Shown: piece by piece, positions 14,884-29,267 of the stretch
Layout: every line of letters starts with the position of its first letter
Position numbering within the stretch: position 1 is the stretch's first letter
Assembly: GCA_000004695.1 (NCBI GenBank)
Contig: CM000151.3
Location: forward strand, 64,001 to 128,000
Source: Dictyostelium discoideum
Taxonomy: Eukaryota
Reading direction: 5' to 3'
DNA: 64,000 nt
Position numbers and translations under genes: made by a program
Notes under the pieces: generated by a model
Seen by the model: only the letters and a program-made list of their open reading frames with translations
Told to the model about the DNA's origin: nothing
The model's database searches: none

Positions 14884-15476
14884 ATAATTAAAATAATTAA
14901 TAATTAATAATAATAATAATAATAATAAAAATAATAAGTCATTTTAAAAATGATATGCGGTTTTATATCAAATGAATATAAACATTTGGTTTATAATTTA
15001 ATAATAAAAAATAAATAAATAAGAAAAAAAATTAATAAATAAATTAAAAATTTTAAAAAAAGGAAATTTTATTTTTGTGTTTTTTTTTTTTATTTAATTT
15101 GAAGATCATTTTTTATTTTTTTTATTTTTTTTTATTTTCTAAACAAAATATTTTTTTATTTCTTTTTTTTTTTTTATTTTTTTTTAAAATGGTAATTAAA
15201 ATCCAAAAAAAAAAAAAAAAAAAAAAAAGATAAAAATAAAAAAATAAAAATAAAAAATTTTGGCTTGAAAAAAAATAAAAATAATTATTTTATTGGTTAC
15301 CAGAGTGAACAGAAACCACACGTGTAACATATTGAAATTAATTTTTTTAATTTTTAAATTTTTTTTTTTTTTTTTTTTTTTTGAAAATTAAATTTTTCAG
15401 GAGGAAAAAAAAAAAAAATTATTAAACATTAAATAACACATCACCCACCCACCCTACAAAAACAGTAACAATAAAA

Positions 15477-16109
15477 ATGGGAAGAAAAAGTAAAAGTAAT
15501 TTAGATTTACCACAAGAAGAACCACTTACAGTTACAAGAAGTGGTAGAACAATTATAAAACCAAATCCAGTTGTAACAAATACACCAGTAAAAAAAACAA
15601 CCAAAACAAATAAAAAATTAAAAGAAAGTAGTGATGAAGAAGATTCATCATCAGAAAATGAAGAACCAATTTTAGAGAATCAAAAAAATAAAAAAAAGAA
15701 AGATTCAACAACAACATCAACTGTAAATAGAAAAGAAAAAAAACCAACTACACCAAAAAAAAAACAACAACAAAAATTAAAAGAATCAGATGATGAAGAT
15801 GATTCATCATCATCATCATCACCAAGCATAACACCACCAAAATCTTCAAATACATCAACCAAGAAATATACTCTTGAAGAGTTAGATATCATTACAAGAG
15901 AGAATAGAATTGTTTATATTAAATTTTTCATTTTTTCAATTTTAATGGTAGTTGTACCACTTTTAGCCTTTAAAATATTTAATACTACCGTTGGTGATTA
16001 TCTTGGAATTAGTAGACAAGATAGAGTAACATATGCTGGTGTAGCTTCATTATGTGGATTAATTTTAGTTATGGCTGCTTATAGTGTCATGGCTTATTTT
16101 GAAAAATAA
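15477..16109 (+). CDS. VMA21-like domain protein: a two-helix membrane domain at the C-terminus preceded by a roughly 140-aa charged, K/S/T/D/E-rich extension
   Basis: The C-terminal 65 aa (FFIFSILMVVVPLLAFKIFNTTVGDYLGISRQDRVTYAGVASLCGLILVMAAYSVMAYFEK) align position-by-position with human VMA21 (LLFFTALMITVPIGLYF...GMSNRDSYFYAAIVAVVAVHVVLALFVY). The ATG was verified at 15477. Single exon. Confidence 0.55.
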   Translation: MGRKSKSNLDLPQEEPLTVTRSGRTIIKPNPVVTNTPVKKTTKTNKKLKESSDEEDSSSENEEPILENQKNKKKKDSTTTSTVNRKEKKPTTPKKKQQQKLKESDDEDDSSSSSSPSITPPKSSNTSTKKYTLEELDIITRENRIVYIKFFIFSILMVVVPLLAFKIFNTTVGDYLGISRQDRVTYAGVASLCGLILVMAAYSVMAYFEK

Positions 16110-16256
16110 ATTTAAAAATTTTAAAAATCTAAAAATAAAATTAAAAATAATAATATTATTATTATTTAAAAATAGAATTTCTTTTTTTTTTTTTTTTTTT
16201 TTTAAATATACAACATTTTTTTTTTTTTATTATTTTATTATGATCAAAAGAACAAT

Positions 16257-19014
16257 TTATTGTTTACTTTTAATTTCTTCAATTGAATTTTCAATACTTT
16301 CAATTTCTTTTAATTTTGCATTATAAACTTTAGAAGTTTCATCGATTTTAGATTGTTGACGATCTCTTAAAACTTTATTTGGAATTGATGCAAAGGTTGT
16401 TTGAAGTTGTGTCAATTGTTTCTTTATAGTTTCAGATTCTTGTTGTGATTTTCTTAATAAACTAATTAAATTAATTAATTCTGTATTATCGGGTGCACTT
16501 GGTAGTGGTACTGGTGGTGGGGTTGAAATAGTTGGTTGTGAAGATGATGAAAATGAAGATGATGATGAAGCTGTTGTTGTGGTTGTTGTTGCATTTATTG
16601 TTGCATTTGTTGCATTTGGTATTAAACTTGTTGTAGTTGATAATATTGGAGAATTTGTTTGATTTGTTGATGATCCGATATTAATTTGTGGTGTGGTTGG
16701 TAGCATCTCTCCACTATTTGAAATTGAAGAAATTGGTTGAATTGATGACGATGCTTGATTAAGTGGTGATGATGTTTTACTATATATTGGTGGTGTAGTA
16801 GTTGTTGTAGTTGTAGTTGTAATTGGTGGTGTTGAAATTATTGATTGTTGAATTGGTGGAGTATTAAGTGGTTGTTGTTGTTGCTGTTGTGTTGATGTTT
16901 CAATGTTAGTGGTACTATTAGATAATGATGACGCACTTGAATTTAAATTTTGATTTGGTAAATCTTGTTGCTGTTGGCCTATTGTTATTGTTATTGTTAT
17001 TGTTATTGTTATTGTTATTGTTATTGTTATTGTTATTGGTATTATTATTATTGTTATTATTATTATTGTTATTATTATTATTATCTATTTGGATTGGTTG
17101 TGATGGGTCAGTTAGATTTTGATTATTTTGATAATCTCTATCTCTATCTCTATCTCTGTGTTCTCTATGTTCTCTTCTTCTCTTTTTATGTTCCCTGTGC
17201 TCTCCATCTCTACCTTCTCTATCACCTCTATCTCTGTGTTCTCTGTCACCTCTATCTCTGTGTTCTCTGTCACCCCTATCTCTATGTTCTCTGTCTCTAT
17301 GTTCTCTTCTTTCACTTCTATGTTTTTTCCTTTCTTCATGAGATCTTGGTGAAGTTGGTTGTGGTTGTTGTTGTGGTGGTAGTTGTGATTGTTGTTGTGT
17401 TGGTGTTGTTGGTTGTTGTAAAGGTGAAGAAGGTACACCACCAACATTAATATTAATACCACTACTACCAATACTTTTTGAAAGATCATCAGGAGATTTA
17501 AATGATGAATCCACAGTAGCAGGAGAAGAAGGTATTGGAAATTTAATTTTCAAACTAGTTGGTGTACTACCAGTTGAACTACCCATACCACCAATACTAT
17601 TACTACTATTAATTGGTTGAATTGATTGTGTTGATGATTGTAATGATTGTTGTTGTTGTTGTTGTTGAGATTGCTGTTGTTGTTGTTGTTGAGATTGCTG
17701 CTGTTGTTGTTGTTGTTGTTGTTGATTTTGATTTTGATTTTGAGTATTTACAAAGTTACTACTGAATGTTCTACTATTACTGCTGCTACTACTACTACTA
17801 CTTCTATCACTTCTTGATCTTCTATCTCTCTTTGAACTATTTGGAGATCTTTCTTTATCTAAAGGTGATCTATCAGACATTGAAATTGGTTTACTTCCAC
17901 TGAAACGAGTTAATCTATCATCATCACTAAATTCATCATCCAAATTAATCATATTCATATTATTATTATTATTAAAATTATTATTCCTATTTCTATTATT
18001 ATAACTATTATTATTATTATTATTACCAAATGATTGATAATTATTTGTAGATTTAACTTTTAGAGTTCTAATTTGATTTTCAATTTCATTATCATCTAAA
18101 CCAGATTCATCATTACTATCCATATCTTCAATAACGATTTGATCATCAGCTTTCTCTTCAAAAATAACGGGTTCTTTTGAATTTTGACCAAATAAGTCAT
18201 TACCATATTTATCCTTTAAATCTGCCAATGATACAAATTCAATCTCTTCTGAATCTGCATAACCTGGTTTAATTAATCTAACTAATTCCTCTTCAATCTT
18301 TGCTAATTCCGTAATTTTATCCCTATTATATGTTTTAAACTTTCTTTTTACTATATCTTTTGTTGCTGCTGTTAAACCTGTTTGTAATATATTATTTATT
18401 GTATTTGGTGCCGCTGTATTTGGTAATGGTGTCGTTGTGGTTGTGGTTGTAGTTGTAGTTGTATTATTATTATTAGAAGTATCCATTAAATCATCTTGGT
18501 CAGATTGTGTTGGTGGAGGTGGTGGTGGTGGTGGTGGTGGTGGATTATCATTTACAATTATCATTTGACCGATATCAGCAGTTTTATAAAAGTTTACTCT
18601 ATCAAATGTTTTATGAGATTCAACAATACATGGTAAATCAACCAAGTTTGCATTATATTCTTGATCACCAAATTTAATTTGAATTTGTCTATCATTTTTA
18701 AAATGAAAATCAACTGGAATATCCATTTGTTTTTGTTTAATCATATTTCTAACTTGATCGGCTAAATGTAATGGTAATCTAAATAAAATTTGATCCTCTG
18801 ATTCATCTGGTCTACCATATCCTTGTAATCCACCTTCAATTGGTATATTTGTTATATTATTATTATTATAGTTATAATTTCCATAGTTATTATTATTATT
18901 ATTATTACTACTAGTATAATTATTATTATTATAACTACTACTACTACTACTATAATTTCCTCCAATAGAATTTGTATTGACTTCTATAAAATCGAAATTA
19001 TTATTATTATTCAT
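16257..19014 (-). CDS. TFIID subunit TAF7 homologue with large low-complexity insertions (poly-N, poly-P, poly-Q, RD/RE-repeats). It is split between two frames at an (AAT/AAC)n run near 16960-17100.
   Basis: N-terminal TAF7 domain: ILFRLPLHLADQVRNMI..IQIKFGDQEYNANLVDLPCIVESHKTFDRVNFYKTADIGQMIIV, matching human TAF7 ...[34 protein letters not shown]. The downstream ORF 16257..16706 carries a C-terminal coiled coil, as in TAF7. The two ORFs are joined by a frame change inside a GT-free repeat. Confidence 0.65.
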
Positions 19015-19281
19015 TATAGCAAAATGCTATATAAATTATTTTATTATTTTGTTTAGATATTTTAATTTATTAGTTCAATGAATCCTGTTTGCTATTGGTT
19101 GCCTAGTTAAAAAAATAATAAAAAAAAAATAAAAATAAAAATAATTTTTAAAAATTGAAAAAAAAAAAAAAAAAAAAAAAAAAAATAATTTTCCAAAAAA
19201 AATTTTTTTTTTTATTTTTTTTTTATTTTTTTAAATTAATAAAACTCGAAATAATTATTTAAATTAATAGATAATTATCTC

Positions 19282-19317
<36 letters not shown>

Positions 19318-19382
19318 CAGATATTTTAGATATTTTAGATTTTTTTTTTTTTTTTTTTTTTTTATAAATTTTAAAAATTAAA
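19015..19382. promoter_or_regulatory. Divergent intergenic region between TAF7 (minus) and the GAF/fRMsr gene (plus). Presumed bidirectional promoter.
   Basis: 368 bp, dominated by oligo-A/T tracts. Assigned by position only. Confidence 0.3.
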
Positions 19383-19859
19383 ATGGCAGAAGATTTAGAA
19401 ATTTCAAAAGGTAGTAAAGAAGAACAATATGAAAATTTACTTCCACAAATTGAAGGATTATTAACAGGTGAAAATAATCAAATTGCAAATTTAGCTAATG
19501 TTACAGCAGCATTAAAGGAACAATTCAATTTCTTTTGGGTAGGTTTCTATCTTGTTGATACAGAAAATGAACTCGTTTTAGCTCCATTTCAAGGTCCAAT
19601 TGCTTGTACACGTATTAGAAAAGGTAGAGGTGTTTGTGGTACTGCTTGGCAACAAGAGAAAACTTTAATCGTACCTGATGTTGAAAAGTTCCCAGGTCAT
19701 ATTGCATGTAGTTCACTTTCAAAATCTGAAATCGTATTACCATTATATAAACAAGGAAATATCATTGGTGTTTTAGATGTTGATAGTGACAAATTAAATA
19801 GTTTTGATGAAATTGATGAAAAATATTTAACTCAAATTTTAAAATTATTAGATAATTAA
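19383..19859 (+). CDS. GAF-domain protein of the free methionine-(R)-sulfoxide reductase family (fRMsr/YebR/YKL069W)
   Basis: 158-aa single ORF. FFWVGFYLVD..LVLAPFQGPIACTRIRKGRGVCGTAWQQEKTLIVPDVEKFPGHIACSSLSKSEIVLPL..GNIIGVLDVDSDKLNSFDEID matches the conserved fRMsr GAF core, including the catalytic Cys residues. Confidence 0.8.
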   Translation: MAEDLEISKGSKEEQYENLLPQIEGLLTGENNQIANLANVTAALKEQFNFFWVGFYLVDTENELVLAPFQGPIACTRIRKGRGVCGTAWQQEKTLIVPDVEKFPGHIACSSLSKSEIVLPLYKQGNIIGVLDVDSDKLNSFDEIDEKYLTQILKLLDN

Positions 19860-19896
19860 TTAAATTTTTTTACTCAATTGTAATATAAATAATCAT

Positions 19897-19933
<37 letters not shown>

Positions 19934-20158
19934 AATAATAAAATAATAAAATTATTTATTGACGATAAAAACACTTCTTTTTTTCCAAAATATCTTCATT
20001 TTTTTTTCATTTTCGCTTTTTTTTTTTTTTTTTTCACAAAAAAAAAAACAAAAAAAAAAAAAACCATGGTTTAAAAAAAAAAAAAATATTTTCATCTTTC
20101 GATTTTCTATTTTCAAAAAAAAAAATCAAAAATCAAAAACATATAAAATTTAAAAAAA

Positions 20159-20710
20159 ATGAAAGCTTTAATTATTATTGATATGGTAAATGATTTAGTA
20201 AGTGGTGTACTTGCAAATGAAAAATATGCAAATGAAATTATTCCATCAATTCAAAGATTAATTGAAAATGCTAGAAAGAATCCAACTGAATGGTTAATTG
20301 TTTATTCAAATGATGCACATAAAGAAGATGATAGAGAGATGAAAGTTTGGGGTAAACATGCAATGGAAGGAACTGAAGGTGCTCAAGTTATTGATTCATT
20401 GAAACCAATGGATACAGATAATGAAATCATTTCACCAAAGAGATTTTATGGTGCATTCGATTTAACAGGACTCGGTGAAATCTTTGAAAAAAGAGGTGGT
20501 GTCACTGAAGTAGTTTTAGTTGGCCAACATACTCATTGTTGTGTTAGACACACTGCATATGGTGCCTTTATGAGAGGTTATGAAATTAAAGTACCATCAG
20601 ATGGTGTTTGTGTTTTTGATGGAATTGATAATCAAGCTGCTTTAGATTATTTAAAGAATATTTATGGTGCTACCATTACAACAACTGATAATATTTTAAA
20701 TAATTTATAA
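20159..20710 (+). CDS. Isochorismatase-family cysteine hydrolase (nicotinamidase/pyrazinamidase-like)
   Basis: 183-aa single ORF. ALIIIDMVNDL (Asp of the catalytic triad), the conserved Lys region, and VLVGQHTHCCVRHTAYGAFMRGYEIKVPSDG (nucleophile Cys in the G-x-C context) are typical of the isochorismatase fold. Confidence 0.8.
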   Translation: MKALIIIDMVNDLVSGVLANEKYANEIIPSIQRLIENARKNPTEWLIVYSNDAHKEDDREMKVWGKHAMEGTEGAQVIDSLKPMDTDNEIISPKRFYGAFDLTGLGEIFEKRGGVTEVVLVGQHTHCCVRHTAYGAFMRGYEIKVPSDGVCVFDGIDNQAALDYLKNIYGATITTTDNILNNL

Positions 20711-20985
20711 AAAAAATAAAAATAAAAAAAATAAAAAAATAAAAAATAAAAAAAATTAAAAAAGTAAAAACTAATTAAAATTAAACTTAAATAAGGGAAT
20801 TTTTGATTTATTAATTTTATTTATTTTTTTAATAAATTATTTTGTATAAAATAAATTAAATCCCTATTGAAGATAAAAATTCTTCAAATTTGTATATACT
20901 CTTATAATTTTGGATAACTTTATCTCAAAATGGTAGATGTATTTTTTAATTACTTTTATTATATAAATAAATTATTATTATTTGA

Positions 20986-21031
<46 letters not shown>

Positions 21032-21048
21032 TTTTAATTGATATTTTC

Positions 21049-22746
<1,698 letters not shown>

Positions 22747-23968
22747 AGTAAATATGTTAAACAGGAAAATTAAAAAAATAAAAATTAATGAAAAAAAAAA
22801 AAAATAAACACCACACCAAGAATTTTTAAAAAAAAATAAAAAAAAAAAAAAAGAATTCCCAAAAAGAAATTTATTTTTGTACCATAGTAACTTTAAAAAA
22901 TTTCTTTTTTTTTTTTTTTTTTTTTAAAAAATTTTTGCCAACTGAGAATCGGAAAAGAGATGATTGTTTGTTCTATATCTTTTTTTTTTTATTTTATTTT
23001 GGAAATTCCTCTAAATTCTTTAATTTAGAGGATTACCAAAGATGGAAAAAAAAAAAAAAGAGGATATTAGAACAAGCAACCATCTCTTTTCAATTCTTGG
23101 CAAGTTTCAATTCCCCTGTCTCTTCCCCCCTCCTCTCCTTAGCAAAGAGAAGAGGTAAATTTAGTAAAATTATATAACAATCCATTTAAAAATTAAAAAA
23201 AAAAAAAAAAAAAATAAAATAAAATAAAGATATTCCTTCATTAATTATATATATTTTTTTAAAATTATTTTTATTATTTATTATCAAATAATTTATTATT
23301 TATCTCTTATGTGTTTTTTTTTTTTTTTATTTTTTTTTTTTATTTTTATATTTTTTTTTTATTTTTATTTTATTTTTCAATTAAATAAATGTTTTGATAA
23401 GATCTTATCAACATATAAAAAAAAAAAATATTCATTATTTTCACATTTTAAAATCTATAAAAGGGAAACCGATTACTTTATTTAATTTAATTTTTTTTTT
23501 TAATTTTTTTTTATTTTTTTTTTAATTTTTTTTTTTTTTATAATTTTTTTTTTTTGAAAAACCCAATCTTCACCAGACTGAAATTAATTTCTCCATATTT
23601 TTTTTTTATTTTTTTTTTTTTTTTTTTTTTTTTTTTATTTTTTTTTGACCTCCTAAAAGGCTTTTTTACTTTTGCACGAATAAAATAATAAAAAAAAAAA
23701 AAAAAAAAAAAAAAAGAAGATAATTGTTTAATATATATTCACGCAATATTATAATTTTTATTTTTTATTTTTTAAGATTCGTTTTTATTTATTTATTTAT
23801 TATTATTATTATTTTTAATAAAATAAAATAATTTTTAATTTTTAATTTTTTTTAATTTATTTTTAATTATTTATCATCAAGAAGATAATAATATAATAAA
23901 AATAAAAAAAAATAATATAGTAATAATAATAAATTTAAAATAATAAAAAAAAAAAAAAAAAAAAAAAA

Positions 23969-26900
23969 ATGGATAAATTTAAAGATAAATTAAAAGTTCA
24001 ATCACCATCATCCAATAAAGAAGATATAAAGATTAGTTATGTTGTAAAGATAGTTAAAGTTACAGGATTACCAAAATCCAGTTATTCACCATTACTTGTT
24101 TCATGGAAAAGAGGAAGTAAAAAAGAAAATTCAGGTGAAGTTAAAACCATACCAAGAGATGGTGAAGGTGTAGTAGATCATACCATCAATTTAAATGCAA
24201 CCATTACTAAAACACCAAAAGGATTCTTAGAGAAATCTATACAATTTACTGTAAAAGAGGAGAAATTAGGTAAAAAACCAGTTTCATTAGGTTCAGTTAG
24301 TGTAAATTTAGCACAATATGCTGAAAGTAAAACTGAAAAAACTCATCCTTTCCCAATTCAAGATAAATCAAAAGTTGTTTGTAATTTATATGTAAAGTAT
24401 TTAAAAGAAAAAAAAAAAAAAAAAAAAAAAAAGATAATATAAATTAATTAATTTTTATTTATTGATAGTTATCAATTCAATCATCATGGTTAAAAGTTAA
24501 TGGTAAATCAATGGTAAAAGCAGAAGGTAATCAAAAAGAAATACTTCAAGAATTAGGTAAACAAAAGATTTCACATGAAGGTACTGATTATTTCCTTCAA
24601 ACTGAACAAGATATGAGTGAACCTGATCAAACTGATTTTGGTCATGATTCTGATGTATGTACTTAGTTTTTTTTTTTTTTTTTTATAAAATATATATATG
24701 AATATATTACTTATTTTTTTATATAATTTTTAGAATGAAGATGAAGATCATGTTGATTTTGATGATGATTCAAATGATAAATCAAATGTATCGACATTAT
24801 CAAGAAAGAGCAGTTCAGGATCAGTTGAAAAAGGTGAATCATCATCATCATCATCGACAACAATAGCAAATGGACATAATCGTACAAATAGTTCAAATAG
24901 TGTTGGTTCAAATACTACAACAACGACTACAACAACATCAAATTATGTTCCACCAGCATTAATTAAAGAGGAGTCAGAAGAAAAAGATTTAAATGCAATG
25001 ACAGCAGATTTAAAGATAAAGAAATATAAGAAACAATTGAAAACATTGAAATCGGAATTAGAGAAATCAAAGAGCCAATTCTCAACACTTTCAAAAGATC
25101 GTGATGAAAAAGTTGAAGAGATTAAAAGAATGATTGATGATATGGAGAATATTAAAGATCGTTCTAAATCCGTTGGAAATGGTGTGATCGCCGATTACAA
25201 TAACCAAATCGAGCAATTGAATAGCAAATTGACCGCAGGCAATAAGGATATTGAGAATTTGAAAATTCAATTACAACGTGAACGTAACCAATCCTCTCAA
25301 GATTCTAACCAAGTGACAGTATTACAAAATCAATTATTAACAATCAATTCACAATTGGACACTATTCGTAACGAGAATACCACATTGAATAACCAAATCC
25401 GTCAATTGGAGACCCAATTGAGAGAGTCGTCCTCAAACAAGCCTGAGGAACTTCAAAATGCTTTAGCAACCGTTCAGAATTTACATTTGGAATTGAATCA
25501 ATTACGTAGCCAATTGGCAACAACTACCGAAGAGAATAGAAGTCAATTCATTCAATTGGAACAAGAAAGATTGAAATCAAATTCAACCGAATCAAATGTT
25601 AATCGTGTTGAACAAGAAAAACTTAACCTACAACAACGTTTAGAACATTATGAACGTACAATTCATTTACAATTGGAAGACTTTGAAAAAGAAAAATTAA
25701 AAATCTCTGCTGAACTTGGTGATTTAAAAACTAAACTTTTAAATTATGAAAAATTAGAATCTGAATTAAATGAATTAAAATCAAAACAACCAACCATACC
25801 TGAAAACAACAACGATAACGATAAAGAATTAATTGAAGCACGTGATGAAATTTTACAATTAAAAGAGAAATTAAATGAAAAAGAAGATTCAATTAAATCA
25901 ACAAATGATCAATTAATTGAAATTAAAGATAAATTAATAATTAAAGAAACTGCTTTAATTGAATTACAAGATCAATTTGAACAATTGAAAAAACAAGATA
26001 ACAAAGAATTGCTTGAAGCACGTGATCAAATAGTTGAATTAAAGGATAGATTAACTCAGAAAGAAGAATCATTTAAAGAGACTGAAAATAAATTAGAGGA
26101 TAGAGCAATTGAAATTTCTGAATTGAGAGATAAATTAGCAGAAAAGGAATCAATATTAACAGATAGGGAAGAACAATTGGACCAATTGAAACAATCAATT
26201 GAAAATCAATCTTCAACAACACCAATCATATCGGATCAACAAGAATTGCTTGAAGCACGTGATGAAATCGTTCAATTAAAAGATAAATTAACTGCAAAAG
26301 AAGATTCAATTAAAGATATTGATAATCAATTAATTGAATTAAAAGATAGATTAACTGCAAAAGAATTATTATTTAAAGAGACTGAAGATCAACTTTATGA
26401 AAAATCAAATGAAATTTCAATACTTCAAGATAAGATTTCAAATTTAGAAGAATCAAATAATAATAATAATAGTAATAATAGTAATAGTAGTATTAATGAA
26501 CTTCAATTGAAATTAAAAGAATTTGAATTAAATACTTTAGATAAAAATCAAAGTTATGAAGAGAGAATTGAAAAATTAGAATTACAATTAAAAGAGAAAC
26601 AATTGGAAGTTCAATCATTACAACTTGAAATTCATAATAATGTAAAAGAAGGTGATTCAAATGATAGATTATTGAAATTGGAAGAACAATATAAAGAATT
26701 ACAAGAAAAGTTTGATAAAGTTAAAAATAAGAAAAATACATTAAAAGTATTATGTTCAAATTATAAATTAAATATTGAACAATTAGAACAAAAACAATCA
26801 ACTTTAGAATCTTCTGCAATTGCAAATCAAGATGGTTTATCCGATGAAATCGATCAATTGAAATCAAAATTAATTCATCAAACCAATGAAAATGAAATCA

Positions 26901-28642
26901 TCCAAGATGAAAATAATCAATTAAAATTACAACTCACTTCATATCAAGATGATTCAATTTCAAAACAAAATATTATTAAAGATTATCAAGAAATAATTTC
27001 AAAATTAGAACAAGAAAAAGAAGATTTAATTGAAAATAATAAAAATAATAAAAAGAATAGTGACAATAGTGATGGCCATGATGATAGTGGTGATGACGAT
27101 GATCGTTCAGCAGAAATTGAAGAATTTAAAGAAAAAATTCAATATCAAAAAGAAAAAATTAAAGCATTAAAAGAAGATTTAGAATCAAAATCTGATGAAT
27201 GGATTGATATAAAGATAAAGATGGAAGAAATTATTGGTGGTAAACAAGATGAAATTGAAAAATTACAACAACAATTACAACAAAAAGAATCATTATCATC
27301 TTTAGCTTTACCAGTTTCAAAAGATGATAATAATCAATCAAATCAAATTTTAGAAGAAGAGATTGATCAATTAAAAAGTCAAATTAAACAATTACAACAA
27401 GAGAATCTTGCAATTTCATCAGAGAAACAATTTAAAGTTCAACATCTTCAACAAGAATTAGAACAATTAAGACAAGTTAATAGTGCAAGTGCTTCACCAA
27501 GATCATCTATTGGTGGTGGTGGTAGTGGTATTGATAATCTTGATGATTTAAGAAAAGAAATGGAAGAAAATAAGAATATTGAAACATCAATTTATTGGTC
27601 AGAATTGGATTTTGATAGAAATAATATACCATTTTGTGGTACAAATGTTTGGGCAATCATTGATGGTATTGGTGGTTTAGGTAAATCTCAAAATATTAGA
27701 TTATTGAATAAGATTGTTATCTCTTTAGAGAAATCATTCTTACGTTCTGGTAATGATTGTAAATTCATTGCCTATTGGTTTAGTACTTGTTGTTATTTAC
27801 TCTCAAAATGTCATCAAGCTGGATACACTCAAGAATCTGCAAATCCAATGAAATCAGGTATTGAAATCAATGTTAATTCATTTGTAACACCTGCACCTGA
27901 AATAGGTGGTTCTTTCATTAGAGATCTTCAAGCATTGAATCTTTCAATCTATAGTAAACTATTGTCAGTCACAGAGATTAAATTGGAGAGAGTGTTAATT
28001 CCATCGGTTTACCTACCAGACTCCATCATTTTGGAAGCTCAAAAAAGTCCAATCAAAAGTTCATCATCATCTTCCTCAACCTCTCCATTAGGTAGAACTT
28101 CAGGTTCTTTACCATTTAATAATACTGGCGCTAATTCTATCAATAATCTACTCTACATTCTTGATGGTATCATTCAATTTTTGAAAGAGGGTAGAATATT
28201 CGATAGTGTTTCAAATCAATTCCTTAATCAAATCTTTTACTTTATGAATGCTCAAATCACTAATCATCTATTAAATAATCCAAAAGTTTGTACTACCACT
28301 CAAGGTTTAGAGGTTAAAATGGGTGTCTCTCGTCTAAAGGAATGGTGTTCTGCAACCCCCTACAAATCTGCCTCTCAACAATTGGATTCCTCCTTGGAGG
28401 CTTCAAATCTTTTAGTCATTGACAAAAATGTTTTCGTTGATATTGAAGCTATAAAATCAATCTTCCAAAAATTAAATCTTCATCAAATTAAACAATTACT
28501 TCAATCTTTCACTCCTGATAGTTTATCACCTGATACTATACCAACTGTATTACGAAAAGCACTCGATTCTAATTGGAGACAATCAATCGATATTAATTCT
28601 TTACCACTTTTAATTGACCAATCTAAAAAATTTAAAATTTAA
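23969..28642 (+). CDS. NT-C2 domain / long coiled-coil / DIL (dilute) domain protein. Three exons: 23969..24391, 24469..24654, 24734..28642.
   Basis: Exon 1 encodes an EEIG1/EHBP1-type N-terminal C2 (ISYVVKIVKVTGLPKSSYSPLLVSWKRGSKKENSGEVKT...SLGSVSVNLAQYAE). Introns run gtaaag..attgatag and gtatgt..tttttag, both phase 0. The central ~800 aa is heptad coiled coil with internal 60-70-aa repeats. The C-terminus (FLNQIFYFMNAQITNHLLNNPKVCTTTQGLEVKMGVSRLKEWC...) matches the myosin-V/afadin DIL cargo-binding domain. Confidence 0.75.
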
Positions 28643-28822
28643 AAAATAAAAATTCGAACACATATAAAATAAAATAAAATAAAAAAAATAAATTATAGTT
28701 ATAATTTAAATAGTAGTTGTATTTTTTTTTTTTTTAACTTTTATTTAAGTCTTAAATAAAATAGAATTTTAATTTCTTTATTTGGTTATTTTAAATTCAA
28801 GTAAATTTTTTTTTTTGGTAAT

Positions 28823-28855
<33 letters not shown>

Positions 28856-29267
28856 GTTAAAATGTTAAACATAAAGTGCTTTACAGGTGTTTTTTTATTT
28901 TAATACCCTTTTTAAATATCAATAAACCAATTTTCTATAATTTTTTATTTAAACTCTCTATTTTTAGATATTTTTTTATATAAAAACAATTAGATTGATG
29001 TCATTTTATTTCAATTTTTTTTTTTTTATAAATAAAAAAAAAAAAAAAAAAAAAAAATTAATATAAATAATTTTCTTTTTTATTTTTTATTAATTTATTT
29101 AACATTTCTCTCATATTTTATAAATAATAATATTATAATTATAATTAATTTTAAAGTTAAAAAAAAAAAATGTTTTATTCAAAAATCATAGTTTTTTTTA
29201 TAAATTTTTTAAAATCATTTTTACAAAAACAAAAAATTTTAAAAACTGAAGATCCTATAGTTTTAAT

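Noticed and set aside
16925-17489. Four overlapping ORFs on both strands (poly-L, CYCYCY.., poly-V, HNNNH..) inside the TAF7 repeat region
   Set aside because: Alternative-frame and antisense readings of the CAA/AAT/GAGA repeats that encode the Q/N/RD low-complexity part of TAF7
22935-23177. ORF 22935..23177 containing a C/T-rich patch (tcttcccccctcctctcctt)
   Set aside because: No ATG context or domain. It is more likely a pyrimidine-rich promoter or UTR element upstream of the gene at 23969, and cannot be supported as a feature.
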